Shown here in pieces: positions 51,815-64,000 of a stretch of 64,000 nt of DNA (position 1 is its first letter; each line of letters begins with the position of its first letter). This DNA is from Sphyrna mokarran. Taxonomy: Eukaryota. The stretch spans positions 12,276,001 through 12,340,000 of the forward strand of contig JAGIQG010000032.1 of assembly GCA_024679065.1 (NCBI GenBank). Reading direction: 5' to 3'. The notes under the pieces are model-generated. The model worked only from the letters and a program-made list of their open reading frames with translations, had not been told where the DNA came from and did no database searches. Position numbers and translations under genes: made by a program.

Positions 51815-52091
51815 AATAGTTAGCATTGCTGCCTCTTAGCACCAGAGATCCAGGTTTGATTCCTGGCTTGGCTCATTGTGCGGAGTTTGCATAATCTCCC
51901 TGTGTCTGCATGGGTTTTCTCCGAGTGCTCTGGTTTCCTCCCACAGTCCGAAAGATGCGCTGGTTAGGTGCATTGGCTGTGCTAAATTCTCCCACAGTAT
52001 ACCAGAACAGGCACCGGAGTGTGACCACTAGATTTTCACAGTAACTTAATTGCAGTGTTAATGTAAGCTTACTTGTGACACTAATAAATAC
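51815..52091 (+). mobile_element. near full-length V-SINE (tail type b)
   Basis: Head gttagcattgctgcctc, core, tail ttttcacagtaacttaattgcagtgttaatgtaagcttacttgtgacactaataaata. Confidence 0.88.
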
Positions 52092-52849
52092 ATTTTTAAA
52101 CAGTTAAACATAATTTTATGATGTTGGGATAAGGAAGCTCTGAGGTCTGTTTGTTGCCACACTAGATCAGTGATAATATGTTAAACCTCTGGATAATCTA
52201 ATCAGACAACCAGATTATGAATTAAAATTCCTCCTGTGAGTTTTGTCAACTGTCAGTATGTGGTACCACCCTTGTCAGTGACAGTTTGAACATAGAGAAT
52301 CCAACCTGTAGAGATGATATCTTGACCTGGGAGGGTAATATGTTTTTGTTTTTGAGTTACGTCCACTATTGACACAGGCTTTCCTACATTCAGTGGTCCT
52401 TGGAGGGAAATAGTTTTTTTTATCCTTTCACCCCTTTCTTAATGCAATAAAGGAGAGAGGGAGTAAAAGGTGGATGGAATGCAGCAGAACAACACCTGGA
52501 GTTTGATTTAGTGTCAGAATTCTGAGAGCAGGAAGATGATGGCTGAGCTAAATTCACGTTGGAATGCAGAATTGTAACTAATCCAGGATGATGGAATGGG
52601 CTGGGGCTGAGGGCAGTCAAGAGTTCTCATTTATACTAGTACACATTGATAGTGCTAAAGTGGAAATGGGAGTCTTTTATTGTAGTGGAGTACTATATCT
52701 CTGTGCTTAGGGAACCAGTTGTGTCTGATATTTTATTCTCAAGACTTTTAGAACACTGCTTTTGTTGAATAATTTGGTGATGCCATCATATAATTATTCA
52801 ATTATTCTAACCTGCAAGAGGGACAAAGCAAATCAAAATATTCAAGGAA

Positions 52850-53034
52850 ACAAAGATGTGTGAGTTAGATTGATTGACCAGGCTAAAAATTGCCCTAAGT
52901 GTCCTGAATGCAGGATACTAAGGTTAGAAGGATTAGTGGATAAATATGTGGGGATAGGGCCTAGTTGCAATTATGGTCGGTGCAGACTCAATGGGCCGAA
53001 TGGCCTTTTTCTGTACTGTAAGGTTTCTATGATT
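52850..53034 (+). mobile_element. truncated HE1-like V-SINE
   Basis: caaagatgtgtgagttagattgattgacc...gggccgaatggcctttttctgtactgtaaggtttctatgattc. Confidence 0.8.
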
Positions 53035-54896
53035 CGGCACAGTGAAATGGCAAAGGAAGACTTGGAGCTTTGAGTGAGAGTGTGACCCCTTGCTAAAGTA
53101 CAAGGAGGTAGTGTAAAACTAAAAGACATTGAATTTTATCGTAGGGAGAAAATTAAAATCCTAAAGTGAAGTTGAAAATATGGGTCACTATGTACTAAAC
53201 ATGTTAAAGGATTACTTCTGGGTTGGGTTTACGTACTAGCTTTAGTATCTACACACACAGCAGCTTTGGCTTTGCTGCTGCAATGGGGTAAAAAGGCAGT
53301 AGACTCAGAATCATTTCAATACAATATTCAAGCTATGGAAATGAAAGCCTAGCATCTGGTGAAAATGTCAAGCTCAAAAGAGGAAACATTGTGTGCAACA
53401 TTAACTTAATTTGGCTTTTGGACAATTCCTGGTTCGTGTGCAGAATTTTGTCAAACCAGTTATTTCCCTGTGATACTGAATATTGATTGCAGGATCTGTA
53501 GGGCTACAGGGCGTACATGTGGTATTTACCGTATCTGTAAAATGTAATACTAAAGAATCCTGCTCCTTTGGGTGCTATGCTCGAGGGCTTTGGCAACCAT
53601 GGATTTCCATTTGATTCATCTGTGATTATAGTAGGCAAAGTATTGTAATGCTTTGCCATTGCCTTTTGCATTGTTGCTGACCAGGAAAAACTCTCACACT
53701 CTTACAGCCTGGTGTCAGGTATGTTGGAAAGATTTACAGACTGATAACCTACCTGTTGGATCGTGTTATGCACATTGTTTGCACGGCCATCAAGTCTGGA
53801 ACTGGAACATGATTCTGGAATTTCTGGCTTAGAGGTGGGGAAGCTACCCACTGACCTGTCTGATATTAAAAACGTCTGACTTGGGTAATGTGCCACTTGA
53901 GTTGATGGTCTGTGATCTAACATCTAGCACGATTACTTGATTAGGGAAAGCAGTTTTGAGTTTGAAATTGCATGTGTACATCATGATTTATAAAAATGCT
54001 GTTTCTACTGAGATCAGGCATTTATAATGGGAATAATTTCTCAATCTTCTGAGCAATGTTAGGCACAGTATCTACAGTATTTTGAACTATGAAAAGTATT
54101 TAAATTATTTACTGCTACAGGTATGATTGACGCAGTTTGTTGTCAAATTACTTCATTGTTTGGTTCAACATGTAGGAAACCAGTAAAGTTGTCTTGCCTG
54201 AAACGGGTTTTGCATGGGTTACTAAGTAACTTGTTGGTAATTTTTTACTATGATAGGATCTTTTTTCTCATAATGTGTGACCGTTTCACAATTGACAGCA
54301 AATATTGCACTCTTGTCCTTGAAGATTAAGAAACCAGAAAGTTGGGTTTGATATTGACGGTGCAAATTGGCCTATTAAAAAAAGCTTTGTGTTCCTGAAA
54401 CTAGATCGGATTCTGAAAGGAGAAGCATGGAAACTTTACTAGGCAAAGTTTGAACCTTTGCACATTCCTTTGGTAGAGTCGACTCAACAATGCTGATGCT
54501 ACCAAGACATTGAAAGCGGTTCAGAAAATGTTCCAGTGTCAAAGTTCAGTTTCTGGATGATTAAGCATAAGACTCTGCACTTTAATTTCTTTTATATTTA
54601 AGATGCTAAGTAAGTGCACATACCTGTCATCTTTATAAATATATAAGTAGGTTTTTCTAAACATTTTGCTAATTAATTGAATGTCAGAATCCTGCTTAAG
54701 CCGTTTCAATATTGCAAAGTTATGATATGAAATTGCTTCTCCAGCACTTGTTCATTTCTGAACATTCTATGCTTTCATGCTTAGAGACATAAATGCTAAC
54801 TTGTACATCAGATTATGATTGTGAAACATTTGTTTCAATGTAGCCCTGCTTTGTTATCATCTGCTGTTCCATCTTCTTCTTCCTTGCAGTTAAGGT

Positions 54897-63545
<8,649 letters not shown>

Positions 63546-64000
63546 TAAGTTGGTTACTTCACAATCTTATTTAATATTATATCAGTTCAATATTTATTTG
63601 CTTTTCGAATGAGAGTTTTATACAGAGTACAACAGCTACAAGCTCAGTGAACTCTGGGACAAAAAGCAATGCTTTGCTGCAGGAGATTGTAGTTTGTAGT
63701 TAAGCTCAATTTTTAAAAAGAATCTTCGTTCTAATCTCAATAACTCTACCTGTTATATATTTCCACCTATATTCTATAATCTTTATATCCTCCGTTTGTA
63801 TCAGTTTTTATCCAGAAGTTTCTGTTGCTGGAATCTAGCAAAAAACCACGTATCTGTTATAGCTGAACTGATAACCTAGCCTTGAAGTATGTGCGTTTAA
63901 CTTCAAAGTCAAGCTGTTTGTGACTGCTGTGAAATTTTTCATTGTGGGTCAATTTCTGCAGATTTTAACCTTGGGACTTAATACAAAATTGACCCATTTG

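Overview
AT-rich, repeat-dense vertebrate genomic DNA. The repeats (HE1-like V-SINEs, CR1/L2 LINEs, Penelope-like elements) suggest a cartilaginous fish, probably a shark (inference). There are two spliced genes on the + strand. (1) The 3' part of CHUK/IKK-alpha: 15 coding exons from 689 to the stop at 34853-34855, running from the kinase C-lobe to the NEMO-binding LDWSWL motif. (2) The 5' part of ERLIN1: a GC-rich ETS promoter near 48.9 kb, a probable non-coding first exon and 7 coding exons from 54897 to 63544, continuing past the window. All called introns are GT-AG and phase-compatible, and the gene order matches human CHUK-ERLIN1. Most ORF-track entries are spurious or LINE debris. The most unusual structure is a set of non-autonomous palindromic Penelope-like insertions carrying minimal hammerhead ribozyme cores (CUGANGA...GAAA). 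There are at least three sequence families, several with target-site duplications. One has a spacer apparently copied from its downstream flank. Another hides a consensus 5' splice site under a U1-like antisense arm. Exon numbers follow recalled human gene structure, repeat boundaries are approximate, and no database searches were run.
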